Origin: Leptogorgia sarmentosa
Taxonomy: Eukaryota
Assembly (NCBI GenBank): GCA_964658305.1
Contig: OZ210885.1
Location: 17,112,001-17,176,000, forward strand
Direction of reading: 5' to 3'
Length of the DNA stretch: 64,000 bases
In this document: in pieces, positions 34,514 through 47,606 of the stretch
Numbering within the stretch: position 1 is the first letter of the stretch
Layout: each line of letters opens with the position of its first letter
Notes under the pieces: generated by a model
What the model was told of the DNA's origin: nothing
Databases searched by the model: none
Seen by the model: the letters and a program-made list of their open reading frames with translations, nothing else
Program-made: the position numbers and the translations under genes

Positions 34514-35264
34514 ATGGAACTGAACCGAAACATTGACGAGCATAATTTTGCCTCCGATACGGAAAGCGAAAGCTCGAGCGAAACAACTGCCGGGGATGAG
34601 TATTTGCCCCAAGGACAAATTTCAGGTTTGCAGCCCTACCAGTTCGAACCTGTCATTGATATTATTCGCGAGTCATCTGAATCTGATGATGAATACAGCA
34701 GTGAAGAGGAGGATGAAAGTAGATTGGATAACTTGGATTGGTAAGGTTTAATATACGAATATTTACTGTAATATGTATTATCAGTTCGATTTCTAAATAA
34801 ACTATACCTAATATTGTATTGAAATCTTAATTTTCCTGCAAAGGTGTCAATGTGAACACTGTCAAGTCATGGACAGAGTAGAAGAATGTGTGTGCTGCCA
34901 CGAAATACCTGAAGTCATGAACAAAAACGAAGAAGTTTTTGAAACAGATAAGCTTGAAGAAAAACTGAATTGTATTACTGACAACCCAGGTTTTGCAGGA
35001 GGCTGTTTAAATCGCTGGGCCCTTCAAATTGCATGGTATCATTACAAGCAACAGTATGGGACAATGGCAACTGATGGTCCTGATCACAAACTAAATCGAC
35101 ATGTTGCTTACAGACAATTAACAAGATGGTGTTGGGGAGTTCTAGGAAAAGACATCAGAGTACCATTGCCATCTTGTGCTGTAAGTTGCATAAGAGCTCA
35201 TTTCCCACCCCCTGGTTTGGAAGAAAATTTTGAATTTGTAGGTTTTCACTTTGCTGATGAATGA
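34514..35264 (+). CDS. KolX accessory protein (P2X7 C-terminal ballast-like Cys-rich domain), 2 exons 34514-34740 and 34844-35264, 215 aa
   Basis: QPYQFEP; W|CQCEHC..ECVCCHE; RHVAYRQ..WCWGVLGKDIRVPLPSCAVSCIRAHFP; GT-AG intron keeps frame. Confidence 0.88.
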
Positions 35265-35632
35265 TAGACATATATTTGCTATAACAGTTTTGTAGAATAC
35301 TTAATAGTCATTTTGTTATTGCTTATATATAGCCCAATTTAAGAAGACGATTATATTGTTGGGCTATAAGATTTAATACTCGTATCTCTTACTGTAAGGT
35401 AAATTAGTAACTAAATGTACGTATCCAATATTTTGTGCAGTCGATTGATATCAAACTATATGGATGTTAATCACCCCTCACAAAACAAAGCCAAAGGATT
35501 TCAATGTGGACCTTATTACAGTAACTTGCAAACAATGGCAGGTGATGATCCCTACTGTAATTCATCAATACTTATAAAGTTCAATAATTTGTATTGATAA
35601 AATTTAGATATTGTTGCAAATACTGTACAATA

Positions 35633-38217
35633 TTACTTTGACATTCGAGATCTATGTTTTTCTATCACTGATGTTTTGCTTGGTTTAGGCTCTTTAGCTA
35701 TGTGTTTTGGCATTTTGGGTGGTTCTTCAATTACCTTAATGCCATTCTGCTTTGCCTTTACCACATCCTCGAGCATTGGGAACAAAAATTCGTAAGATTT
35801 GGGTTCTTTGATAGGCTTACAAACCCAATTCTTGTTTGCTTTTGGTTTTTCGACCTTGAATTGCTGCTGACCCTTGTTTTCACCTGACTTAATCACAGCT
35901 TGAACCCGATCGCAATTATGGTTGTGATCCAATGCTGCAAGTTGAGTACGTGCCAACATACTTCTGTAGCTGAAGTGCTTTCGTTTTGGTAGATACTTCA
36001 ACATAAGGGAATGAAAAACTTCCAGCTCGCCAGTATGGCGGAATTCAGTCAACCTCTCCATATCTTTCAGAAGCCTTTTGTTATTCACTACCTCTTCAAG
36101 GGCAACAAGAGCAGGTGATCCAGGCTTCAGCCATGAAACTTGTTTCTTTTCTCGTCTGCTAAGTCTGTGATGCACACACTCCTTAAAGTGCTTGCACCCT
36201 TTCCAACGGTGTTTGTTGGAAACATGGTGAATGATTGAAAGCCATTTCTCCTTCATTACTGACACATCTCCATCGCATGTAGACATGCTCCACCACAAAT
36301 GGTTTGAAACTGACTGAATCCATGGTAACAAGTCTTCATTGCATTTCTTCTTTGCTTTCTTGGTAAGTTTTTTTGTAACAGACTTGGATAAATGCCAAAC
36401 ATCATATTGGTGTTTGATTTGGGGGAAATCAGACTTCATTCTAGCTGTGATGGTAACATGACGATCAGTTGTTAGACATCGCACATGTATCTTGTGTTTT
36501 ATAAGTTTTTTTAAGGACCATTTACAACCCTCATATTCCATGGCATTTGAAGAAGAAACTTCTGTTACTTGTACAAGACTGAAGTCAACTACTCTACCAG
36601 ATGATTCATCCAAAAGTGAGTATGTCCCATACTTTGCTGAATGACCTGGGCTATCACACCGACCATCTCCTGCAACATTTATTGGAGTTTTCTGGTTCAT
36701 GATCTCATTCAGAACTTGTTTTTGATGGCTGTGCCAGCTATTGTGAACCACTGGGATAACATATTTATCCTGGACTTTGTAGAAGGTGTCCTTGCTGACA
36801 ATTTGCAAATTAAGGCAAGCAGCAAAGTGACTTATAGGAGCAAATGTATTTCCAGTGAGCACAACAGCTGCGGGAATAAGTATATTACCCAATGGCATTT
36901 CATCCACATATGGCTGTGAATTCCATTCTTTAGTGTGCCCATTAAGGCATGTTGCTTTTACGGATAACAAGCTACCTTTAGTAAATTTCTTCATATCAAC
37001 TACAGCTTGTCCACATGTTGAGCATACACTAAAAAGTTTCTCCAGTTCTTTCTCATTAACAATAAAATTTTTAGTCTTTGCTAATATGGCTGCATTGTTA
37101 TCAGTCTCATCCTGGCTTAGGTCATCTGATTGTGAATCGCTTGATGGTAGATGGTATTCATCCTGCTCATTATCACTCGTAGTATTAGACTTCGTTTCAA
37201 GGTCAAAAAGGTTGAGATCTATTTCTGTAAGAATATCCTTTTGCTCTTCCATAGCTTGTTCTGCAGCTTGTTCTGCAGCTTGTTCTACTTCTGCTTTATC
37301 AAGAAAACGTTGGTGGTCTGCATAATAATTGTGGTCTAATAAATGAGTGTTGATATTTGCATGTAATAGTTGGGAATCAGAGGAAAGACAATAAGTGCTA
37401 TTAAAAGATTCATTTGTTTGGGTTTCAGCATTCACCAGCGTTCTTACATTCATACAACACTGTGTACTAACATCATGGTGGAGAGGCACAGGATCATAAT
37501 TTCCAGTAGCATCACATCTGGTAGTGGTATCCATAGGTTGACAAACCTCAACTATTTGGCCACAACTTGCATCAACTGATTCTTTTCCATCTTCTTTAAT
37601 TTGATTTTCGGCCAATAATTCTTGAACCATCTATACAGGTCAACCAAACATGATCATGAAGTGTGAATGAACAGCTTGGAAATTGCAATTTGTCGCTCTT
37701 TCTTTATGTATATATATAATATAAAGTTTTGGTTAACGAAATGCCAAAAGAGTGCTCGATACCATATAGATAGGGCAAATAGCATAGTTTTGCCTCAAAA
37801 AGGTGCCACTACAGCCTGTTTCATCCAAGAGGAATCATCAGATGGCGATATACATATATATATAGAATATAATACCTCATTTCTCTCTCGAGCCCGACAT
37901 CTCATTTTGCTTGATACTCCTCGTGTCGTTTTTGGTACATTTTCGCTGTGCTTAAAAATTGTAGGAACCGCATCTGGCTTTAATTTTTTCGTCCCTGAAT
38001 GGCCACACAACTTTTCAGCGAGGGAGCATTCGTAACTATCGGGACTAAAATGATCACTGCATACAAACGAATGCTTAGAATCTCGAGGATTATCTCGCCG
38101 AATTCTTTGAAGCCACAAACTCTTCATGTGGTTGGTAGGTAAACAGTGGTAACTGACACTTGTTCCTCTCGTCTTGCGCCAGCCATTTGTACAATTGGGC
38201 ACCATGCAATGTGGCAT
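35633..38217 (-). CDS. Kolobok THAP-DDE transposase, 2 exons 38217-37876 and 37630-35633, 779 aa, no disruption seen
   Basis: THAP CMVPNC..W..CSDHF..AVPTIF; GDGRCDSPGHSAKYGTY, TTDRH, YDVWH, HTGELEVFHS; phase-0 GT-AG intron. Confidence 0.9.
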
Positions 38218-39021
38218 TTTGTGATAGTTTGTGTAAAACCACCAAAATGTACAAATTACAAAATTTATACAGCAAAAAGCAGATTTATCGATTTAGTATA
38301 TTGTTTTGAAGCATGCAAGATTGCACAGAGGCACTCCTGTGACGTCACAAAATTGACCGCTGACGATTACTGCGCCTACGAAAAAAGGCAATATGGCGAC
38401 TTTCTATTTGCATTTTTCGAAGTAAACCATATAGAATATTTCGGAAACGAAAAAGAATTCAGACAAAATAATTCGTAGCGAATGTCATCAACGTAAGGCC
38501 TTTTATATGAACTAAACTTATTGCAGGGGTAGACTTCCCCTTTAAAGATTACTATATTTCCTGATGCTTTCAGGGGGTGGAGGGATTTTGTGGGTGTCTC
38601 ACCCCTCCCCCCCCCCCCCCCCGCAACAATTTAAATGATACACTTGTCTGCCAAAATGATGAAAACATAGGACAAAATTGCTGTTAACCTAGCTAGAAGA
38701 ATGAACATTGTTTCAAAAATTTAAAGGAATTAAAGATTCGAAGTATTAAAGTTCTAAGATTTTTAACAAAAAATCCATAAAACTCGTTTTGTTACATATT
38801 TTCTTTTCATGCGATCATGAAATCCATGTCCAAAATTTTATCGCTCGGCACCAACCAAAAACAAAATGCCCAATTCATGATTGAATTCGGCGCTGACGTT
38901 TCGAGTACCTCATTAAAAAACCAAAGGGTGCTAAACTGCATGGGAAATTTTTAAGGCAAATTTGGATTATTTCAGTTTTTATCATTTTATTTCAGTTTAC
39001 ATCTTTTATTGTTTTTTTTAG

Positions 39022-41122
39022 ATCATTAGGCAATGGTGTTTACCAATTGAACTACGTAAATTCACCAGACAAGTATCAAGTCTACTGCCACATGACTGAA
39101 ATTAATGGATGTGAAGGAAAAGCCTGGACACTAGTCATGAAAATGGACGGCGCTAAGGTAAAAAATATTGCACGCTAGGGCAGCGGTGTAACCATAACAA
39201 TAATTGGGAGGCGGAGGGTATTTTGGCACGTCACACACCATAAGAACAACTGATCCCAATAGAAAGAAAAGGACACGAAAAGTTATATGTATATCCCCCC
39301 AGCCCCCAATTATCGTTCTGGCTACGCCATTGCGTTAAAATGACAAATGATTAGAATTAGTACCGGAGGGGATTACGAGGTCATTCGGTGAACTTCGTGT
39401 TTCATTCATCGCCCTAATCAATTAATCTTTGTTTCTGCATGGTAGTAATAATTCGCACAAAATTATTACTTGACTGTGGTTGGTTCCTTTCAGTGCTGTC
39501 AATTTCCGTAGTCACACTACACGGTGCATCAAAAAAAGTTTACTGATGAAAAACATTCTCTAAACTAACAAGCGCTCAAAATTTCCAGAAACGTTCGGTT
39601 AGCATGGGTAGTTTAACACCCTCTGGTATATCTAGCACTAAGTTTATTTAAAAAACAAACTTTTTTAGAATCGGAAATGTGGTTGCTGAAAGGCCCATTA
39701 AAAACGGCTCGCGCACAAAAAAATTTTTCTTCACACCATTTGATTTAATCGGATGAAAATATGGAGTATGATATACAAGCTATTGAAGTTTTGAGAAATT
39801 TGCTGCACGCTGCGATCTCCGAAATTTTGATTTTCAGCAATTGCTTCGCGTAATTACAGACCTTTGGATATTAGCTTGCAATTTGCATTGGTAATTATGC
39901 AAATATCAATTATGCACAAATTAATCGGTAATCACGCAGGAAAAATCCAGTTTTCGGACATGTCTCTGTTGACCCTGCGGGTACCAAATTTCACAAAACT
40001 CTAATAACTTGTACAACATGCTCCATATTTTGACTCGATCAAATCAAATACCGTTAAAAGAGCTTAGTTTTTGTGCGCAAGTCATTCTTAAAGTGCCTTC
40101 CAACAATAAAAAAGATAGATTTTAAAAAAAACACAGTGCTAGATGTACCAGAGGGTGGTAATCTACCTAGTTTAACTTAAAGTTTTCACAAATTTCGTGC
40201 GCTCATTAGTTTAAGGAATATTTCCGACAGTAAAGTTTTTTTTGATGCACCCTGCAGTATAATTTTCTGTATTCACATCAAGTATCCAAGCGGTTGTTGC
40301 GAGATCTAGATAAACCGAACGGCGAAACATCCAACGAAACTTAAAATGTCCCTAATACTCAAAATATGTTTCTAATGGATCGATTTTCGTCATACTTGCC
40401 CAACAACTGAAATTCCAAATCCATGACATTGCAATTGACAGATTGCTTGAAAACAAAACAAACATGTCGATTGCGGTAAATAAAGTAGAAGTTGTTTCAC
40501 TGGTGCATGGTATTCCATGCTTAAAACAACCTAAAAAAGGCAGACTGTTCTTGCTCAGGAACTCATAGATGTAAAATATTGAAAAAACGTTTTGTTTTTC
40601 AGAACGATTTTAGCTATGACTCTTCGCACTGGACAAACAAGGAAACCTACGCTGTTGAAGATGGCCTCGAAGGTTTGACAGAAAAACAAAAAAAAACTGG
40701 CTTCATACTGGAACACACCATTTAAAAAATTATGTCTTGGAATGAAAGTGAACGATGTGACAAAATGGATCGAGGTTCATTACGAAGCAATCTCGCTGTA
40801 CGATGAAATCGCAAACGGAAACTTTAAACCCACAACAGCTGGAAAAAACACATGGATATCTCTTATCGATGATTCCTCTATGCAGCAAAATTGTAACAGT
40901 GAAGGATTCAATTTCAATGACGTGTACACTGTTGGGACGGGGTACATGAAAGTACGTATTGGCTTTGTTGCCAATAACAAATACGACTGCAATACTCCTG
41001 ACTCGTGTATTGGCTTTGGTACTTACGACGGTATTGTTCAAAGCACATCCTGTGGTAACCTGTGTTATTGTTGTTGGGATTGCAGAGATACTGCTGCATA
41101 TGGATTCGTCCTTCTAAAGTAA
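39022..41122 (+). CDS. Last two exons (39022-39157, 40603-41122) of a USOMP5-like (skeletal organic matrix protein 5-like, fibrinogen-related) gene; +1 frameshift in an A9 run
   Basis: VYCHMTEINGCEGKAWTLVMKMDG|NDFSYDSSHWTNK..LASYWNTPF..CLGM..QQNCNSEGFN..VRIGFVANN..CNTPDSCIGFG; GT-AG intron; upstream exons not found. Confidence 0.75.
39181..39331. mobile_element. Small MITE in intron
   Basis: Imperfect TIRs CAGCGGTGTAACCATAACAATAATTGGG / CCCAATTATCGTTCTGGCTACGCCATTG. Confidence 0.55.
39520..40254. mobile_element. Tc1/mariner-type MITE with long degenerate TIRs, in intron
   Basis: TA|CACGGTGCATCAAAAAAAGTTTACT ... AGTAAAGTTTTTTTTGATGCACCCTG|CA; mirror symmetry continues inward (ACCCTCTGGTATATCTAGCACT / AGTGCTAGATGTACCAGAGGGT). 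Confidence 0.75.
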
Positions 41123-42419
41123 CATTGTTTCGAAACTTTTTGAAGGTTTGAGAAACTATTGGATGCCATACCGAAGTTTAAGTAATGTTTTATGATTGAC
41201 TTGCATTGAAAAATTAAGTAAATTCTTATTGGAATTAAAAGTTTACAAGACGGTGGAACAGTGTTACGCTTTGATTGTCCTGTTGTAAATATTGGTTTTA
41301 ATCAATGTTAACAAATACATGAGAATGTTTGCATTCCTGTGTGACATACATAAAAGTAGTTGCACATGCAACTTCCAATTTCTAAGAAAATTCGAGAGCA
41401 GTAAACAAGTTTGTCACTATTGTATAATTTCATGAAATGGTTTAAGTATCTTTATATAATTAATTGGAAATCATTTAAATTAATTAAACCACCAAATAAA
41501 TATCAAATTGTGTGTGCTACATTTATTTCATAATTTGTTCTGGAAACATGAACAAAAATATTTTTGAATTCAAAGTCTGGGCCTAGTTCTTTCTTTGGGC
41601 TAATCCTGTATTAAAATTTAACCAAGTCTTTTTGTTTGTAGTTTAATAAACGAAATTCTTTTTGGTCCAGACAATATTGTGAAATAGTTCATAAATCATA
41701 AGTAAAGTTGTAAAACTGCTTTAAATTTTGTGTTAAATTATTTTGTGTTAACTTATTTGTGACCTTATTTGTCATTTTGTCAAAATTTAATTAGTACTTC
41801 CAAAAACATTTATTCAATAATACATTTATGTAGCGCTACACATGATAATTAGAGGCGTACATGTATTACTAGTAGGCTGCAATTTGGTAACGTGACGACA
41901 TTAGTAACATTATTTCGTGTTGCGTTACCAAATCGCTTCTGGTTTGTGTGGGCGTCTAGTCTGGAGTTTGTTTGACCGTCGTAAACGAATTGTGTTATTG
42001 TACGCCTAAGCATACGCTACATATTCCTAAATATCTATAAGTTTATACGTCAATTTACATTAATATTAATAATAATAAACATTAAAATCATTACTCGACT
42101 GCGATTGATTCATTTCAGTGCAGTTAATCCCAAATGACAGTGCGATTTTCTTTAATTACACAGCAGTTTTCTAATCGCAGTGCAATTTTCTGTAATCAAA
42201 GTGCAATTTTCAGTAATCACATTGCAAAAATCTGTAGTCACTCATAGTCATATGTAGTCACCAATCAAAATTAGAACTGAAGCGAGATCGGCAAAACATG
42301 CCGCTAGCTACATAAAATAGAAATTGTTTTCGAGTTAAAATATGACAATCTTTTTCTTAAAATGGAAAAAGCCTTATCTAAAACAAAAGTAACAAAAGTT
42401 ACATGGTTTAGTGAACTTT

Positions 42420-44336
42420 TCAAACTGTCAACGCAGCAAAATCTGAAAAAACTAAGCATGAACACTGCCGGTGAACGTTCGCTTTATCCCCACAGGTTCT
42501 CTTGTAGTGACCAGATGACAAACATTGGAAACAAAGTCTGGATTGTCGGACGACCTTCCGTCTTTCAGTGACTGTCATGTTCAGGAATGATGGACATGTT
42601 TGAAGGCTGTGACTTTGTTGACATACAGGACATGCCGATGTTCTGTGGTCAGCATTACGAGCAAACTGTTTCTGTGAGAATTGTGTCGCAAAGCTGGAAA
42701 TTCGTGGAGAGGTTGGGCCAAAAAATCTCTTCTTCCGATTTCCTTCGATTTTACTTAAATCTTTCAAATTACCAAATACCGGGTTGTTCTCCGAACTTGC
42801 TCTATCTTCTAAGAATTCCACCAAGTCATGGAAACTAGGGAGCTTACTTGTCGACTTCAATATTGAACTCGCACGATCTCTCCATTTGGCTTGATAATAA
42901 TATGGCAGGCGGGCGACCACTCTTCTCAAGTGATCAGTATTAACTTCACCGAGGCACTTCATCGATCTCAAAGTCTTATAAACAGATTGACATTTATCAG
43001 CCAATTTCTATAGACCTTTTCCATCACCACTAACTACGCTTGGACCTTTCACCAGTGACCCAATTGATGCTTCGACAATCATATATGGCTGACCAAAGCG
43101 GGTCTTGATAACACTTAAAGCTTCTTCTAATGCGCCGTCACCCATGCCTTTGTAATTCTCTACGGCTTCTTTGGCCCTCCCGTCTAGGTATTGCATCAAG
43201 CAACTCAGTTTTTTACTTTCATTAATCGGCTGCGAAAGAACTTCATCTTTAAAACGGGTTATAAATCTCAAATATTCTTTTTGATCGCCATCAAATTTCG
43301 TTACCTCCATAGGTGGTGTATGCGATAAGGTAGCGAAGGTTTCGGCTAATCGTTGTATTGTATCAGTTTCACCAAATGGTGAAACAGAAACGCTTGAATG
43401 CTTCAATGGTTTCGCGACTTCGCCTACATGTTGTTTCGAAACAGGGAATTTCCCCTTTGTCTCGGGGGGCGTCACTTTAGGCAGTGATGCGGAAATCTTA
43501 TTGCAATCAAATTCTAAAGATTTGTTAATTTTTGTTAGTTCATTATCGTCAAACAAATTTTGTTCATACTCATCGGCAAATTGCTCTTCAAGCTCAGCAA
43601 GTTCAATGTCATCTTCTAACTTCCGAAGCTCTACGATCTGCTGAAGCTCTAACCGATGCTGTTCAACTTGTTTTTCAAGATCTTGCCGTCTACGAAATTG
43701 TTCTAAAGCTAGTTCGGCCTTTTGTCTTTTTAACTTCGCATCAAAAGACCTTGTGCTTACATTCGATTTTACACTTGAGCGGTTTGACCTAAACAATTTA
43801 TTCGACTCATTAATGCTAACTTCGCTTCTAGTTTCATAATCGTCTTCGCCAGTTTTATCAGGTTTTCGCTTATCTTGAGCTTCACATAATTCTAAATACC
43901 GATTAACTGTTTCTAGAAGTTCAGTTTTTCTTTTGGACTGTACGCTGAATGCAAATTGAGCGTTTTCAACTGCTGAAGTATCTTTGACTACACATGCTAA
44001 TATTTCATCATGAATGAAATTAAATCGCTCCCACTCTCGATTAATCATATCAAGCAATTCCCTGACTTCACTAGCATTGTTATAATCAGTTAAAAGTACT
44101 TTTATCTTCTTGTATAACTCTGTTAGACATCCTTGGTGACCACTTCTAGATCTTTTTAACCTCACCAGCTTTTCTGCTTCGACGGACTCCAAGTTCAAAC
44201 GAACGTTAGGTCTTCTATCACGGCGAGTTCGGCCTGCACCACTAACAACATCGCTGCTTGTTCTTTCCCCGTCGCGGTCAATATCCCCAAGTCTACCAGC
44301 AATATTATCTTCTGATATCTTAGCCATAAACTCCAA
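42420..44336 (-). pseudogene. BEL/Pao gag with an in-frame stop near 43008
   Basis: KFDGD..KLSCLMQYLDGRAKEAV..RFG (DUF1759-like); CPVCQQSHSLQTC and CFQCLSSGHYKRTC knuckles. Confidence 0.85.
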
Positions 44337-44623
44337 GGTCTATAACACTTGGATTCTAGCTAAACCGCTCCGGTTCGAAGGACCAAAATTATAGCTGCCA
44401 CTAACTACTTGGGTTCAAATACAAAAATTAATATATTTTACTCGTACAAGAAGCTTCTTATATCCACGCAACTCATTTACATAAATATTTACAAATATGA
44501 TTAATTAGATAATTAATTAGACATTCAAAAACGCGTCTACAGGTGCAAATTACTTTAGTGCCAACTCATAGTGAGCCGCAATCTTGAATTATCGGGCATG
44601 AAACCTTTCGCAGGCGGCTAACA
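42420..44623 (-). mobile_element. 5' part of a BEL/Pao LTR retrotransposon (LTR, PBS, gag); pol lost
   Basis: Candidate LTR 44390-44623; PBS TGGTCCTTCGAACCGGA (tRNA-Tyr-like) at 44369-44385; gag downstream. Confidence 0.8.
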
Positions 44624-45029
44624 GCTTGCGGGAAAGTTGGCCCAATTTGCGGACTAAAATTCCAGACCTGATTTTACTAATAATTAATACTGAGCATTTG
44701 TTGTTACTGGGAAGGTTCTATCATCTTTGGGCGATTCGTCAACAAATAAAAATTGATGCTGATGAAAGTCGGTCACAAGACGACGATAACTGCCATATAG
44801 CAATTCATTTCGTTGTCTAGCTATTACATGCAACTGTTGAGAAATAAATTTAATATTAATAATTAGTGAATTGTTATCGATTAAGATAATGCATGAAAGG
44901 AAACAATGCCGAAATTTCAAGGGCAGCAGCCCAATTGTGATTTACAATGATCTCTCAAGGACATTCATTAACTAGTAAAACTGAGAACCTGTCATTACAC
45001 AATAAGATCGGGAATATCTGTGATGTTAA

Positions 45030-45410
45030 TTAATATTAACCTTTTTTACTGTTAACCCACATTTTCTAAGGAATGTATGGAACGTTGTTATTGTGTGTTC
45101 CTCACCGGTAATATATTGCATCCAGTCTCTCAATTCATCGAGACATATTTCTGGATATCTATCAACGATGGTCCTGATTAGAACATTATCTTGACCTTCA
45201 TACAGCAAGAACATAAATTTAGGTTGTCATCACTCATTAGCTTTGAGCTCCAACAAGTTGATAATTTATTGCGTCAAGGTATACTAACCTGTTATAATTC
45301 TTGGTCGTCCCTTACGATGTGCGTCGTATTATACAGCCTGAGAATTTTCTTCACGAATGTTTCGGCAACATGTGATGTTCTTGCAATTTCACTTATACAG
45401 TAATTATCGT
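45030..45410 (-). pseudogene. Decayed N-terminal HTH region of an IS630/Tc1-like transposase
   Basis: ISEIARTSHVAETFVKKILRLY.. and PEICLDELRDW..TFLRKCGLTVKK; stops present. Confidence 0.45.
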
Positions 45411-45944
45411 TATGTTATGGGCATCCAAAGCAGACAAAATTATGAACACACACAAAAATAAGTCGAACGCTCATAAACATAGTGAACTCACAAAAATGTG
45501 TTATCAAACACTCACAAGAAATAGTCGAACAATGCACAACAAAGTCGAACCCCGTGAACTAAATATGAACCCACAAAAACAAGTCGAAGTGCCACAATAG
45601 TCGATGTGTCGCACATACAAGTCGAATTGCACACACAAACAAGTCGACCTTTCTTTGTGGGGGGTACAGCGAATCAAGTCAATCAACACGCTAATTTATT
45701 CCGTTTTGCATAATTTCATAATCGCAATATATATTGTACGGGGGAGGGTTGCTCTTTTTCGGTTTTTTCCGCCGAAAAGCGAGGTTCTTCCATAGGTTAC
45801 AATAACATTATAACGGAGCATACGCACGTTACAGAAGTCCGCATTCAATCACTAGTCTGTACTGCGAAATATCAGACCGAGGTTTTTTAGTATGCAAAAA
45901 AACAGAGGTCTGATATTTCACAGTACAGACCGAACAAGCGAGGT

Positions 45945-46790
45945 CAATAATCCGTTTATTATATGGCTGGACTGGATTGATATGCTTTTAGCGCGAATTG
46001 AACAGACTAGTAGGTAACAGTATACGGTAGGCATGGATGCTTCAACAAGAAAAATGTGCTGAATTTTTTATCTATAAATTTAATGGCACACAAGTTTGCA
46101 AACGTCGAAACATCTAAGAAAACTACTATACACATCAAAACACTATAATTATAATAGGCAACAGTCGTCTGTTAAATCTAAAGAACGTTTACTTACGAAA
46201 CGGTTCAGTGTTAATCATATAAAGTCATAACATACAGAAGTCAGAAAAATGCAATAGCAATTAGTGCTCCTCGTCGCTTTCAAAAATATCACGGCAACGT
46301 TTGTTTTGGAGGTTAAAGTTAACCTGTCCAGTACAACCCTGAACGCTATGAACACCTGAGAAAAACGAAGATGTTTTCTGAAGATTCGTTTGCTGTGTTG
46401 ACAGATGTACACAACGTTTGAGCATTTGGCTGACACATTTGCAGGGAGTTGGGAGTAGGACCAGACAAATTCGACTTGGCGGTATTATCCACACCTGAGA
46501 CTCGACTGAGCACACGGGACATTTGCCGTTGTTTTTCCCCAGCAGATTTGTAAGATTGCAAACTCTCAGTGCTTTTGTGGCCGCTGTGTTGAGCAACAAA
46601 ATTCTCGGGCATGTCAGCCTCGAGCAACCTAGATATGCTTGTTTTTCTGACAGAGTGGTTGGTTATCTTCGCTCAAGATACTTGAGGGAACCCAGCGTTT
46701 TTTCTTCCATATCCACGGTCCGGATATGGGTTTTTATGGACCGCTTGTCAACCAATCAGAATAGAGAATTTTGAAAAGCCATATAATAAA
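45945..46790 (-). mobile_element. Crypton relic with tyrosine-recombinase C-terminus
   Basis: ITNHSVRKTSISRLLEA..VAQHSGHKSTESLQSY (HxxR, H, Y) at 46346-46670; inverted TTATTATATGGCT / AGCCATATAATAA near the ends. Confidence 0.7.
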
Positions 46791-47070
46791 ACACATTATC
46801 TACAGTGTATGTTAGTTTAGGTTTATTGTTCTTAATGTATTTGAGTTCCTTAAAGAGGCAGTCAAATCTGCTGTGTGCATGTGCTAAACAATACCCAATG
46901 CTAAACAAACAGAACATTGTTAGACATCAACTAAATACATCATATTTTATAAGTATAGTGTGCCCAAAAAATGTAAACAAACTGCACTTCCGGCAACAGA
47001 CTTGACCACTTCCAATGGATAAAGTTGAGGTTTACTGTATGCTAATGTGTGTGTTCTTTAATCTTTTTAG

Positions 47071-47606
47071 TTTTGAGTTTGTAAAGGCATCTGGGACTGA
47101 AATTGTCCCAGTTAATCTCCCAGAAGGCCATCAAGTGTGCATTTTTGCAACAACTATATTTTTAACATTACTTATTTTATCATAGATTGATTTTGGTTAC
47201 AGTGAAGATGAGGCAGCTACAACAACTTCAGACATCCGGATGTTTTTGCCCTTGATCATACCACTGTCACACATTCCCAAACCTCCGAAGTTTCCACCTC
47301 TTCAGGTTCCACCTCTACAACTCTCACTTCTGCAGCTTCTACCTCTGCAGCTGCAACCTCCACCCCTGTGACTTCCGCCTTTGCAGCTTCCACCTCTACA
47401 GCCTCCACCTCTGCAACTTTGCTGCCAGAAATTGTGGATTTAGAGCAATCAACCTCAGAAGGTTTAGATGGTATGTTTCTAATTAACAAAGTGCAAACAC
47501 TGTCAGAAATGTTTTCATTGTTAGATGAGGCAGAAATTCCAACTCTTTTACGATCAAACAATATGGATTTGCAAGAGGCAATCAATGCAATACTTGGTGT
47601 GTCAGG
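47071..47606 (+). pseudogene. Exon-like remnants of an unidentified gene (S/T/A-rich tract, CUE/UBA-like helices)
   Basis: TAG|FEFVKASGTEIVPVNLPEG; KVQTLSEMF..LLRSNNMDLQEAINAIL|GT; weak support. Confidence 0.3.

Larger units (their letters stand above)
34139..38541. mobile_element. Kolobok element 2, apparently complete, ~243-bp TIRs
   Basis: TIRs AGGGGAAGTCTACCCC.. at 34139-34381 and 38299-38541 (2 mismatches seen); flanks TCAA and TTAA; two convergent genes. Confidence 0.92.

Noticed and set aside
34869..35264. Host P2X7 receptor gene
   Set aside because: Only the Cys-rich C-terminal-like domain is present, with no channel domain, and it lies between Kolobok TIRs
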